From Basidiobolus meristosporus CBS 931.73 (taxonomy: Eukaryota > Fungi > Basidiobolomycota), in contig MCFE01000116.1 in assembly GCA_002104905.1 (NCBI GenBank), positions 100,132 to 164,131 on the forward strand: a stretch of DNA of 64,000 bases, written 5' to 3'. Under the pieces are notes generated by a model. It ran no database searches. It saw only the letters and a program-made list of their open reading frames with translations, and had not been told where the DNA came from. Position numbers and translations under genes: made by a program. Shown in pieces: positions 37,469-49,135 of the stretch (its first letter is position 1; each line of letters opens with the position of its first letter).

Positions 37469-38268
37469 AACCACTCTGGTCCAGACTTAAGCTCATAATT
37501 GACCATGTTGTAGATATTCTTATTTTGATTCTGGATATGTTTATGCGTATATTTATTCAAGAATGTATGCAACAACTAAATAAATTTATCCAAGAATTGA
37601 TTCAGCAGCCGTCATGGTGGCTTTTATCAATATGCGCCTTATCAGTGGGTTACATCATCCACTAATTGCATATATCCCTACAACCAAATTATCGGTTCAT
37701 ACGTAGGGCAACAGTTGTGTCACCTTTAGAGAAATCTTGGTGAAATTAAACGCCCACAGCTAGATGTTGGGGGTGGTGACTTTGCAAGGGGGAGGTTGCT
37801 CTCATACTACATTTATTGAAAGCGGAACGGGTAAATCCAATGGTTACCAATAGGCTTGCACTGATCTTTGGGTTTCTTTCATTTTCGCATGTCCATGCCA
37901 GATGACACCTAAAGATCAAAACTAGACTTTTGCCACCCAGGTTACACAGACTATTTTGAATCATGTTGCTTGCCTTGTGCTGTCTGGAAGTCATCACCAC
38001 CCAGATTGATATCGAGTGCTATACTGTAGAGCATTGACGAGGTTATTAATAGATTGCTGCCTTCATTGCGATGGAAACAGCAAACATGTATAATTTTAGA
38101 AATCAAACTAGTAGTCTAGCTTTCAAGTGGAACGCAGATGGCGAGCCTAAAGTGTATAGAAAATTCTCATTGACCTTACCCAAACAGTATCGAAGATTCA
38201 CATCCGCTATATAAGAAGTTCGTAGCATTGATTCACTTCATATTCAACAAGAACTCCCAACTGCGATC

Positions 38269-39039
38269 ATGCGTGTTTCTATTGCTTTGCTAAATACCTT
38301 CTTGGCTATAGGAGTGGTTTCCGGTGCACCCTCTGCTCCCTGCAACCAAAATAGTGGTGCTGCCTACTATTGTCAGGATAGCAGCTTCTACGTCTGCCAA
38401 ACTACCACTAGCACATGGTTACTTCAAAATGTCTGTGATGGAGACTGCTGTGATATTCCCGCTTACGCAGCTTTCTGCCCTAACTGCTCTAATAAGCCTA
38501 CGACCAGCGTTTCACCCAAGCCTACCACCACCACCACCACCAAGTCAACTACCAAGCCCACTACCAAAACGACCAGCACTAACACCAAGACCACTTCCAT
38601 CAAGCCCGATCCTACTGTAGCTCCAGGGGCCGGGTGTAATAACGAAGGTAGTTATGGATGCTCTGGCTCCAACTTCCTGATCTGCCATGATAAGCAATGG
38701 CTCTTACAGAATGTTTGTAACGGCGACTGCTGCAGCGTCCCCGCTTTTGCTGCTCACTGTTATAACTGTGGCGACAAGCCAATCACAACCACAACCGCAC
38801 CCAAGCCAACCACCACTAAGACAACCACTAAGACCACCAAGCCTACCAGCACCAAGACTACCTCTATCAAGCCCGATCCTACTGTAGCTCCTGGAGCCAA
38901 ATGTGGAAATGAGGGAAGCTTTGGATGTACGGGTTCGAATTTCCTTGTCTGTCAAGAAGGACAATGGGAGCTCCAGAATAACTGTGGAGGTACCTGCTGC
39001 AGCATATTCCAATATGCTCAGTACTGCTACAATTGTTAG
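38269..39039 (+). CDS. Secreted protein with three Cys-rich CBM19-like modules and Thr/Lys/Pro linkers
   Basis: Signal peptide; three repeats of C..EGS.GC.GSNF..C...QW.LQN.C.G.CC...A..C.NC; TATAAG upstream. Family assignment from pattern memory. Confidence 0.8.
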   Translation: MRVSIALLNTFLAIGVVSGAPSAPCNQNSGAAYYCQDSSFYVCQTTTSTWLLQNVCDGDCCDIPAYAAFCPNCSNKPTTSVSPKPTTTTTTKSTTKPTTKTTSTNTKTTSIKPDPTVAPGAGCNNEGSYGCSGSNFLICHDKQWLLQNVCNGDCCSVPAFAAHCYNCGDKPITTTTAPKPTTTKTTTKTTKPTSTKTTSIKPDPTVAPGAKCGNEGSFGCTGSNFLVCQEGQWELQNNCGGTCCSIFQYAQYCYNC

Positions 39040-39191
39040 ATATGATAACATGTAATCTCATAGCAACTTTAGCCGAGCGTCGTGCTACGATCCAAGCCAC
39101 ACACCTTGAGATATCCCAAAAAAGATACATTGAATAAAATGAATTGCCTCAGACGATTTCATTTATTCGCTTCATTACTGAGTATTTAATA

Positions 39192-39671
39192 CTACGGAAT
39201 AATGGTGAAGGGACCGGAGATACCAAAGAGTGAGGGATTTTGAGGATTAGACTTGGAGAAGGTTGTAACACGGATGTAGAATAGATCAGGATTGATGTCT
39301 TTCTTTTCTACGTTGGGGACTCTCCATCTGTAAGAGAATTTGTTGTTTGGAATATGTTTGGCTATCTTGGTGTTATACGAGTACTTGATCAATGGCGCAC
39401 CACTAGCAAATGAAGACTCCAGACTGTTATATAAATGAAGATCAAATTCAGTGATCTCATTTCCGCTGAAGCCGCAGTCACCAATGGACCACTTGAGCTC
39501 GACGATCTCATTAGCGCGTACTCTGGAGCCCTCTTTAGGTGTATCGAATACCAAGCAAGAGTAGTCACGTTTCCCCCAAGCGAAACGCTTGTTGAATCCA
39601 GCATTGCCCTCGGTAGACCAGAGGCAGCATAGAAGGAAAATGAAGGCAGTAAAAAGGCTTAGTCTGTTCAT
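39192..39671 (-). CDS. Secreted protein with Kre9/Knh1-like Ig-fold domain and N-terminal KR-FAWG-KR segment
   Basis: Signal peptide; ELKW...FDLHLYN...IAKHIPNNKFSYRWRVP...FYIRV...SGPFTI pattern. Confidence 0.7.
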   Translation of the reverse strand: MNRLSLFTAFIFLLCCLWSTEGNAGFNKRFAWGKRDYSCLVFDTPKEGSRVRANEIVELKWSIGDCGFSGNEITEFDLHLYNSLESSFASGAPLIKYSYNTKIAKHIPNNKFSYRWRVPNVEKKDINPDLFYIRVTTFSKSNPQNPSLFGISGPFTIIP

Positions 39672-40162
39672 AGTAGAGTACTTGATTTCTGATAGCTAGC
39701 AACGTGCTCTTACTGCTTATATATCATTTGGTCGAGTAACGCCACCCATCAAAAGAAAAGGCTAATGCGGTAGAGTAGTTTGTTATAGATCTAAGCTACC
39801 ATTGCTAAGCTCAATTCATTGGATTTATTTGGACATCGCGAGCTAAATTGATTGTATCAACCGCATCAATTATCCGAGATGTTTCCCGGTAAAATACTTG
39901 CTGAAAATGATCGAATTCCTTGCCAAACCGAATCCGAAGTAGAGGCGAAAACGGGTCAGAGTTTCACCAGAATCCTGCCAAATCGACAATTCAACTGTAG
40001 GTGGTAAATGAACAGCCGATCGAAAATCTAGATAAATTTGGCCCATCTGGGTGTGAACCGGAGTATTTAAGTCATTGCAAGAAGCCATTGATACTTGTAA
40101 TCATTGCTCCCTACCAGTAGCTGTAGTTGGCTTTTTCTAGTTCATCCCCAACTATCTGCAGT

Positions 40163-40531
40163 ATGGCGACTTCAAACCTGTTCATTATTCTAGGGTGCTT
40201 GGCAATTTTCTGCGGTATAGTTGAGGCATATAGAAGAAAAAGAGGTATTCATTCTTTCTGGCTTCTGCTTACTTCTTGCTGACTTCTGCTACTAGCACGA
40301 CGTGTCGATTCGCCGTTGCCAATGGTTGGGCCCACGAGGGTTCGTCGAAATCTCTCCATTACTCTACCATACTCGCCAACACCACAGAGGGATGCTCCGA
40401 CCGTCACCCCGCCACCTCCAACCTATCAAGAAGCCTTGAGAAGTCCGCCTGCAGAAACGACTGACTCAACTACACGCGTGCCTAGTGGAACAGTTAACAC
40501 ACCACCTTTATACCACCCACCAGATCATTAA
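40163..40531 (+). CDS. Two-exon single-pass membrane protein with PPxY motifs (Rsp5/Nedd4 adaptor-like)
   Basis: Exon 1 40163-40244; intron 40245-40295 (GT...GCTGAC...CTAG); hydrophobic N-terminus followed by RRKRARR; PPPPTY and PPLY motifs. Confidence 0.7.
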
Positions 40532-41144
40532 CTGAATGATTGGCGATCGACAATAACTGGCCAACAACATCCCATCCGCACCGTACAGTTCCAGTTCTTT
40601 CTCGGTAAAATCAGCCAATCAGGGTGATCCCGAATGCAACCATCCTAAAGTGGACAATCATCATTCTGGATTGAGGTGAAGAATCTGTTCTGGAATCGAT
40701 TCCCCATTCAAATACCAACATATCATATAGACGATTTTCCACTCCATTGTAATTTTGACTCACTAATCACTCAGCAGCGTCTAATAGTTGCTTTGTTTTT
40801 GATAAATGCTAATTTGCTTCGCTTTTTCCGCGATGAATATGCTGCAAGTTTATATACATTCCCCGGCTTTGAGGGTTGTATTGGAAATACACATGTATTA
40901 TTCATTTTTGACTGCTGGCCACATGGTATGATTGAGTGCCAGTTGAAGTAAATATGGCACGAGTAGAAGTTAAAAATAGCATGAGGCCAACGCTTAAAAT
41001 CCACTAGGCATCGTAGCGGTGGATGATGCGTTGAGGTAAACATTGCACGGGTAGAGGTTAAAAATAGGGAAAACTCGTGAAGCTTGGCTAAACACGAAGC
41101 GTATCTATATATAAATACTAAAATCCCACTCTTTGTCTACAACA

Positions 41145-44100
41145 ATGGCGTCCATTCAGCTAATTTTAACGTTGTTCCTGGGGATTGCAGCAGCCCAGGA
41201 AGTCCGCACTAACCATCAGAACGATTTGGAAACAGGATTCACGGAAATATTGATACAAGAAAATACCCCAGGGGGCTCCTGCAGTAGTGGTAACGAGATA
41301 TGCTATGATGGTACCGCGTTTCTTCTGTGCGAGTTCGGTACCTGGTCTTCGGATGTATGCTCCCAAGGTTATTCGTGCACCAATCTAGATATCCCAGGCA
41401 GGATCAAATGTACTTCACAAACAACCTTTGTAAGTGATATTACTATCACTAGTTCTGGCATTGTATACACAACGGTGACTTTCCCCACTGTCACCTATTC
41501 CGGCCCGGTTGACCCGCCGGCCACTGAAGCTTCGAGTTACTACACTCCTGGTGGGCCGTGCAACAATTACGACATTGTGTGCTATCCAGAAAACACCTTT
41601 CTGTATTGTACCTCAGGAACCTGGGAGCAACTGCAGTGCCCATTTCCAGGGCAAGTGTGTAGCTACAATAGCTTTTTCTCCTTTCAGGGAACTTGTACAT
41701 ATTCAGTTGGATATTCAGCCACCGTTGTTACCTATCCTTTTGGTCCCAATCCTCCGGGATCAGAGGTAACTTCACTAGTCTCTCTTGGTGGTCCGTGTAA
41801 TCCAAATGATCAAATCTGTTACGGAACTGAGGGAAGTTTCCTCGTATGCGGAACACAAGGTTGGGCTCCGGCCACATGCGGGTCCGATGTATCATGTGGT
41901 TACTATTTTGGACTGACGAACCTCGTAAGTTGTGAATACAACACAGTGGTGACTTCCTCCGTCGAAAGCTTTGAATCATCGGGATATACTCCAAGTATTC
42001 CGAATGAAGAATCCAGCACAACCCAACCAACCCCACAGGCCTCCGAAACTGCAACAAACACCCCCACTCCTACTGCCAGGACAACACCATCTACATCTAT
42101 ATCCTCAACACAGCTACCGACAACAAGTCCCTCCACTTCAGGAGCAACACCTGAGAGCTCCAGCATAACTCAATCCTCAACAGAGTCCACAACAACCAAC
42201 ACCGCTGCGACAAGCTCGAATGCCACCACATCAACACCAAACTCCACCACCACACAGCAAACATCCCAGTCTGCGTCAGGGTCTACTGTAGTAAGTAGCT
42301 CTGCTTCACCGACGGAAACTTCGAGTACAACCATATCAACACCAACGTCCAGTACGACACTATCGACTACTCAATCCACAGAAACTACAACCGCAACGAG
42401 TCCCAACACAACACAGTCGACTACCCAAGCTCAGCCCACATCGGAGTCTACCGCAGCAAGCAGCTCTGCCTCGCTGACTGTAACCTCGAGTACAACCACA
42501 TCAACACCAACATTCAGTACTACACTGTCGACTACGCCGTCATCAACTCAACCCACAGCAACTACAACTGCTCCTGCGGAGACAACTACGCCATCAACAC
42601 CGAACTCCACCACAGCACAGCCAACAACTCAGCCCACATCAGAGTCTACTTCAGCGACAACTCCTGTAACTGGATCTACTGAGAGCCCCAACACAACACA
42701 GTCGACTACCCAAACTCAGCCCACATCGGAGTCTACTGCAGTAAGCAGTTCCACCTCACCAACAGAAACCTCGAGTATAACCACATCAACACCAACATCC
42801 AGTTCTACACTATCGACTACTCCGTCGCCAACTGAACCCACAGAAACTACAACTGCGACGTCGGAGACATCTACACCCTCATCAGCACCAACCTCGACCA
42901 CAACACAGCCAACAACTCAGCCCACATCAGAGTCTACTACAGCGACAACTCCTGTAACTGGATCTACTGAGAGCCCCAACACAACACAGTCGACTACCCA
43001 AATTCAGCCCACATCGGAGTCTACTGCAGTAAGCAGTTCCGCCTCACCGACGGAAACCTCGAGTATAACCACATCATCACCAACATCCAGTACGACGCAG
43101 TCGACTACTCCATCGTCAACTGAACCCACGGAAACTACAACTGCGACGTCGGAGACATCTACACCCTCATCAGCACCAACCTCGACCACAACACAACCAA
43201 CAACTCAGCCCACATCAGAGTCTACTTCAGCGACAACGCCTGTAACTGGGTCTACTGAGAGCCCCAACACAACACAGTCGACTACCCAATCCTCTACGGA
43301 ATCCACAACCCCAGGTACATCCACATCAGAACAAACAGCTTCGTCTGCTTTACCATCGGAAACTTCGAGTACAGCCACATCAACACCAACACCCAGTACG
43401 ACGCAATCGACTACTCCATCGTCAACTGAACCCACCACAACTACAACTGCGACGTCTGAAATGACTACGCCCTCATCAACACCGAACTCCACCACAACAC
43501 AGCCAACAACTCAGCCCACATCAGAGTCTACTTCAGCAACAACACCTATAACCAGGTCTACTGAGAGCCTTAACACAACACAATCTACTACCCAATCCTC
43601 TACGGAATCCACAACCCCAGGTACATCCACATCAGAACAAACAGCTTCGTCTGCTTTACCATCGGAAACCTCGAGTACAGCCACATCAACACCAACACCC
43701 AGTACGACGCAATCGACTACTCCGTCGTCAACTGAACCCACAGCAACTACAACTGCAACGTCGGAAACGACTACGCCATCAACACCGAACTCCAACACAA
43801 CACAGCCAACAACTCAGCCCACATCAGAGTCTAGTTCAGCAACAACGCCTGTAACTGGGTCTACTGAGAGCCTCAACACAACACAGTCGACAACCCAAAC
43901 TCAGCCTACATCGGAGTCTACCGCAGTAAGCAGTTCCGCCTCACCGACGGAAACCTCGAGTACAACCACATCATCACCAACGTCCAGTACAACGCAGTCG
44001 ACTACTCCATCGTCAACTCAACCCACAGAAACTACAAATGCAACGTCAGTAACAACTACACCCTCATCAACAATAAGCTCCGCCACAACACAACCAACAA

Positions 44101-47087
44101 CTCAGCCCACATCAGAGTCTACTTCAGCGACAACGCCTGTAACTGGGTCTACTGAGAGCCCCAGCACAACAGAGTCGACTACCCAAATTCAGCCCACATC
44201 GGAGTCTACTGCAGTAAGCAGTTCCACCTCACCAACGGAAACCTCGAGTATAACCACATCAACACCAACATCCAGTTCTACACTATCGACTACTCCGTCG
44301 TCAACTGAATCCTCAGCAACTACAACTGCGACGTCGGAGACGACTGCACTCTCATCAACACCAAGCTCCACCACAACACAGCCAACAACTCAGCCCACAT
44401 CAGAGTCTAGTTCAGCAACAACGCCTGTAACTGGGTCTACTGAGAGCCCCAACACAACACAGCCGACTACCCAAATTCAGCCCACATCGGAGTCTACTGC
44501 AGTAAGCAGTTCCGCCTTACCGACGGAAACCTCGAGTACAACCACATCATCACTAACGTCCAGTACGACGCAGTCGACTACTCCGTCGTCAACTGAACCC
44601 ACGCTTACGTCCAGTACAACGCAGTCGACTACTCCATCGTCAACTCAACCCACAGAAACTACAAATGCAACGTCAGTAACAACTACACCCTCATCAACAA
44701 TAAGCTCCACCACAACACAGCCAACAACTCAGCCCACATCAGAGTCTAGTTCAGCAGCAACGCCTGTAACTGGGTCTAATGAGAGTCCCAACACAACCCA
44801 GTCTACTACCCAACCCTCTACGGAATCCACAACCCCAGGTACATCCACATCAGAACAAACAGCTTCGTCTGCTTTACCATCGGAAACTTCGAGTACAGCC
44901 ACATCATCACCAACACCCAGTACTACACTGTCGACTACTCCGTCGTCAACTGAACCTACCGAAACTACAACTGCGACGTCGGAAATGACTACGCCCTCAT
45001 CAACGCCGAACTCCACCACAACACAGCCAACAACTCAGCCCACATCAGAGTCTAGTTCAGCAACAACGCCTGTAACTGGGTCTACTGAGAGCCTCAACAC
45101 AACACAGTCGACAACCCAAACTCAGCCTACATCGGAGTCTACCGCAGTAAGCAGTTCCGCCTCACCGACGGAAACCTCGAGTACAACCACATCATCACCA
45201 ACGTCCAGTACAACGCAGTCGACTACTCCATCGTCAACTCAACCCACAGAAACTACAAATGCAACGTCAGTAACAACTACACCCTCATCAACAATAAGCT
45301 CCGCCACAACACAACCAACAACTCAGCCCATATCAGAGTCTACTTCAGCGACAACTCCTGTAACTGGGTCTACTGAGAGCCCCAGCACAACACAGCCGAC
45401 TACCCAAATTCAGCCCACATCGGAGTCTACTGTAGTAAGCAGTTCCACCTCACCAACAGAAACCTCGAGTATAACCACATCAACACCAACATCCAGTTCT
45501 ACACTATCGACTACTCCGTCGTCAACTGAATCCTCAGCAACTACAACTGCGACGTCGGAGACGACTGCACTCTCATCAACACCAAGCTCCACCACAACAC
45601 AGCCAACAACTCAGCCCACATCAGAGTCTAGTTCAGCAACAACGCCTGTAACTGGGTCTACTGAGAGCCCCAACACAACACAGCCGACTACCCAAATTCA
45701 GCCCACATCGGAGTCTACTGCAGTAAGCAGTTCCGCCTTACCGACGGAAACCTCGAGTACAACCACATCATCACTAACGTCCAGTACGACGCAGTCGACT
45801 ACTCCGTCGTCAACTGAACCCACGGAAACTACAACTGCGACGTCGGAGACATCTACACCCTCATCAGCACCAACCTCCACCACCACACAACCAACATCTC
45901 AGTCCGCAGTAAGCAACTCCACTTCAGTGTTAACACCAACATCCAGTACGACGCAATCGACTACTCCGTCGTCAACTGAACCCACAGCAACTACAACTGC
46001 GACGTCGGAGACGGTTTCGCCCTCATCAACACCGAACTCCACCACAACACAGCCAACAACTCAGCCCACATCAGAGTCTACTCCCGCGACAACTCCTGTA
46101 TCTGGATCCGCTGAGAGCCCAAGTTCATCACAACTGACTGCTCAATCCTCAACGGAATCTACAACCACAGGTACATCCACATCAGAGCAATCAAGTACTA
46201 CACAATCGACTACTCCACCATCAACCCAACTTACAGCGACTACCAACACAACCCAGTTGACTACCCAAACTCAACCCACAGCAACTACAACTGTGATATC
46301 GGAGACAACTACACCCTCATCAACAATAATCTCAACCACAACACAACCAACAAATCAGCCCACATCAGAGTCTACTTCAGCAACAATACCTGTAACTGGA
46401 TCAGCTGAGAGCCCCAACACAACACAGCCTAATACCCAATCCACAACAGAATCCACAACTACAGGTACAACCAAATCTGAACAAACAACTTCGTCTGTTT
46501 CACCAGCGGAAACCTCGAGCACAGCTACATCAACACCAACATCTAGGACTACACAGTTGGCTAGTTCGCCATCAACTCAAGTTACGGAAACTACTGCTCC
46601 TACTTCGAAGTCTAGTGTTTCCTCATCAGCATCAAAATCCACAACACAATCAACATCCCAGCTCACGACCGAGTCAACTAAAGCAAGTAACTCCACTTCA
46701 GCGACAGCACCTGTATCCGAATCAACTGAGAGTTCTGTCACCTCACAATCCGGTGTTCAATCTTCAGAAGAATCTTCAACAATGCGTACATCAGAATCAA
46801 CAATTTCGTCCGTTTCATCATCGGAAGCCTCAAGTGTAACAACATCAACACCAACCTCCGGTACGATCCAATCAACATCTCAACCCTCATCGGAGTCCAC
46901 TACAATTAGCAGCTCCGCTTCGGTGACAGCACCGGCAACCGAGCCCAGTGAGAGCCAGAAGACAACACAGTCGACCACTCAGCCAACAACTGAGAACCTC
47001 AGCTCTGCAGGTACATCAAGGACGAAAACACTTACTATGTGTTCACGTAAAACTATTACCAAATGCGCCATTTGCACCGACTCTTAA
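41145..47087 (+). CDS. Giant secreted mucin/adhesin-like protein: three CBM19-like modules + about 1700-aa Ser/Thr repeat stalk
   Basis: Uninterrupted 1980-aa ORF, signal peptide, Cys-rich head, about 95-100-aa internal repeats, TATATAAATA upstream. Confidence 0.88.
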   Translation: MASIQLILTLFLGIAAAQEVRTNHQNDLETGFTEILIQENTPGGSCSSGNEICYDGTAFLLCEFGTWSSDVCSQGYSCTNLDIPGRIKCTSQTTFVSDITITSSGIVYTTVTFPTVTYSGPVDPPATEASSYYTPGGPCNNYDIVCYPENTFLYCTSGTWEQLQCPFPGQVCSYNSFFSFQGTCTYSVGYSATVVTYPFGPNPPGSEVTSLVSLGGPCNPNDQICYGTEGSFLVCGTQGWAPATCGSDVSCGYYFGLTNLVSCEYNTVVTSSVESFESSGYTPSIPNEESSTTQPTPQASETATNTPTPTARTTPSTSISSTQLPTTSPSTSGATPESSSITQSSTESTTTNTAATSSNATTSTPNSTTTQQTSQSASGSTVVSSSASPTETSSTTISTPTSSTTLSTTQSTETTTATSPNTTQSTTQAQPTSESTAASSSASLTVTSSTTTSTPTFSTTLSTTPSSTQPTATTTAPAETTTPSTPNSTTAQPTTQPTSESTSATTPVTGSTESPNTTQSTTQTQPTSESTAVSSSTSPTETSSITTSTPTSSSTLSTTPSPTEPTETTTATSETSTPSSAPTSTTTQPTTQPTSESTTATTPVTGSTESPNTTQSTTQIQPTSESTAVSSSASPTETSSITTSSPTSSTTQSTTPSSTEPTETTTATSETSTPSSAPTSTTTQPTTQPTSESTSATTPVTGSTESPNTTQSTTQSSTESTTPGTSTSEQTASSALPSETSSTATSTPTPSTTQSTTPSSTEPTTTTTATSEMTTPSSTPNSTTTQPTTQPTSESTSATTPITRSTESLNTTQSTTQSSTESTTPGTSTSEQTASSALPSETSSTATSTPTPSTTQSTTPSSTEPTATTTATSETTTPSTPNSNTTQPTTQPTSESSSATTPVTGSTESLNTTQSTTQTQPTSESTAVSSSASPTETSSTTTSSPTSSTTQSTTPSSTQPTETTNATSVTTTPSSTISSATTQPTTQPTSESTSATTPVTGSTESPSTTESTTQIQPTSESTAVSSSTSPTETSSITTSTPTSSSTLSTTPSSTESSATTTATSETTALSSTPSSTTTQPTTQPTSESSSATTPVTGSTESPNTTQPTTQIQPTSESTAVSSSALPTETSSTTTSSLTSSTTQSTTPSSTEPTLTSSTTQSTTPSSTQPTETTNATSVTTTPSSTISSTTTQPTTQPTSESSSAATPVTGSNESPNTTQSTTQPSTESTTPGTSTSEQTASSALPSETSSTATSSPTPSTTLSTTPSSTEPTETTTATSEMTTPSSTPNSTTTQPTTQPTSESSSATTPVTGSTESLNTTQSTTQTQPTSESTAVSSSASPTETSSTTTSSPTSSTTQSTTPSSTQPTETTNATSVTTTPSSTISSATTQPTTQPISESTSATTPVTGSTESPSTTQPTTQIQPTSESTVVSSSTSPTETSSITTSTPTSSSTLSTTPSSTESSATTTATSETTALSSTPSSTTTQPTTQPTSESSSATTPVTGSTESPNTTQPTTQIQPTSESTAVSSSALPTETSSTTTSSLTSSTTQSTTPSSTEPTETTTATSETSTPSSAPTSTTTQPTSQSAVSNSTSVLTPTSSTTQSTTPSSTEPTATTTATSETVSPSSTPNSTTTQPTTQPTSESTPATTPVSGSAESPSSSQLTAQSSTESTTTGTSTSEQSSTTQSTTPPSTQLTATTNTTQLTTQTQPTATTTVISETTTPSSTIISTTTQPTNQPTSESTSATIPVTGSAESPNTTQPNTQSTTESTTTGTTKSEQTTSSVSPAETSSTATSTPTSRTTQLASSPSTQVTETTAPTSKSSVSSSASKSTTQSTSQLTTESTKASNSTSATAPVSESTESSVTSQSGVQSSEESSTMRTSESTISSVSSSEASSVTTSTPTSGTIQSTSQPSSESTTISSSASVTAPATEPSESQKTTQSTTQPTTENLSSAGTSRTKTLTMCSRKTITKCAICTDS

Positions 47088-49135
47088 TCCTTGTAAAGTC
47101 CCAATTTTTTGTCGATTTGCCTGTAGGATATCAAAGAATGGCGATAACGACCCATATACTGAGCAGTCCAGCCTGGTAGCAGTATTTTTAATCTACTCTG
47201 TACCAATAGTTTGTGTAAAAACAGGAAATTGGGGTTTGTTCATCAATGTTCAGTAAATCAACAAACCTCCGTAATAGATATTCACTTAAAATACTCCCCA
47301 AAATATACACCAGGCTTTGAGTTCCATTTTTTATATACTCCAGGTAGATCTGGCAATTCGGCCAGTATGTAGTAAAGCTTACATGCAGTGATCTGAGTGA
47401 CCAAGGTATTATAAATATTTCGGTGTAAATACACAGTTTACAAGTTTATGTTAGGACTCGGTCTGGATTTGACATCAAGGAAGGAGTACGAACAAATTGT
47501 TAGCTTTGTCACACAGTTGAAAAGTACTCCTCAGCAACATGAGAAGGTTTTCCTGCCCTTGACAACTCTGATATCGGTTCTGTGACTGGATCTGTGCTTA
47601 GTGAGTTAGTGAGACTCAAGAGACCATCCAACCAGATAATCAAGAAATGGTTGTGATCAACTTGTCATTAGAAATCAGAGGTCAGGAAATAGATAAGCGG
47701 TATTAATTAGAGGTAGAAGCCATAGGCCACATTTACAGCATGAATGTAAGGTAGTGACGGTAGGAATGTCTGCGTGGTTTTCGCAGAATGATTTATTGAG
47801 TGTAGAGTTGTGCTTTCACTAGGGTTAGGCTTAATACTGTGCGTAGCATTTGAGGTCTTTTGGACAACTTCAAAAAATATACCATTATGTGAAACTGGTA
47901 TTTTGGTGAAAAATATTCCATGTAAACCCCGATAGAAGAGTTGAGGAGGAAATAATAAAGCTCGTAGACCAAGTTAAAGTAAATATTCAGGTATAAATAC
48001 TAAAGTTACAGCAGGCCTGACGTCCAAAATATTTGGCCATATTTACCTTTCACATATTCATGATAAACGAATGATCGGAGCATTACTGATAAGTTGCTAG
48101 GATCTACAAAGGTGTACACAGATTTGGGCTCCAAAGAGCTAGCATGTATATTGTGATATCAATCATGTCATACTCATGTTGATGGGTAGCCCCGTTTATC
48201 CAAAACAATGGTCGAGCTAGTCGAAAAATTGCAAGTATAGGGTTGGATACAGTACAAGTAATCAGCACCATTGCCGAAAAATCATAGGCTTGATAAATAT
48301 TGTGACCGCATAGACTTTTCTTGCCGTCTCGGCTGGAATGGCGATGGGCAGATGTGTTGGCTGGACTTGAGCTATATCTAGGGAAGAACAGCTACCGCTG
48401 CCAGGTTAAATGTAACAACCTCGGCCCGAAGTTCGACCAACTTACTGATCATCAGACTGATACCCCATGCTCAGCTGTGGCTAATGTGAAAGTGGGGATG
48501 ATCATCCTTCTTAGCAATGTAATAAGACGATGACTAGAAATAAAGTACTTGTACAGCCTGCTTGGTAAACCAAATCCTGTTTCGTGAATGTAGTTTGCTT
48601 TGTGTTACCAACCATAGGTTTCTATTCAACCTTTCCGGAGCTCAAATATTGCTCTATACTGCGACCCTTGGTATTGTTCAGATCTACAGGGTATTGCACT
48701 TCAATCAACTATTCACGAAGCAAAAAGTACCCATATGATCTGACAATGACACATCTCACAAAACCACAATCTGACTGAATCATTACTAGGAATTGGTTAA
48801 TAAGGCTTCTCAGTGGTACTAAGCTCTTTATAAGGTGCTCACAACAGAGTATACAACAAGGAGCTCTTCCCTTTAAGGTATGGACAGAGTATTACACTGA
48901 GGATATTGCCAACCAGCTGAAAAGTATACAACACAACGTTGGTGGCCCCAAGCCTAACCCTACTTAAGCAGACCAAGTTATAGCAAGAACTTCATCAGCA
49001 ACAATGCATTCCTCTAAGTGTTTGATACTCTTTGTCACCTTGCTGCTTATTGTTACGAGGGAGACCCCTGCAAAGCCACCAATCTTTAGTGTAGCTATTT
49101 CCGCACTACAGACTGTTGCTAACAATGTATGGTAA

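Noticed and set aside
42716-45886. Val/Asp-rich minus-strand ORFs within the mucin gene
   Set aside because: Antisense reflections of Thr/Ser/Pro repeat codons.
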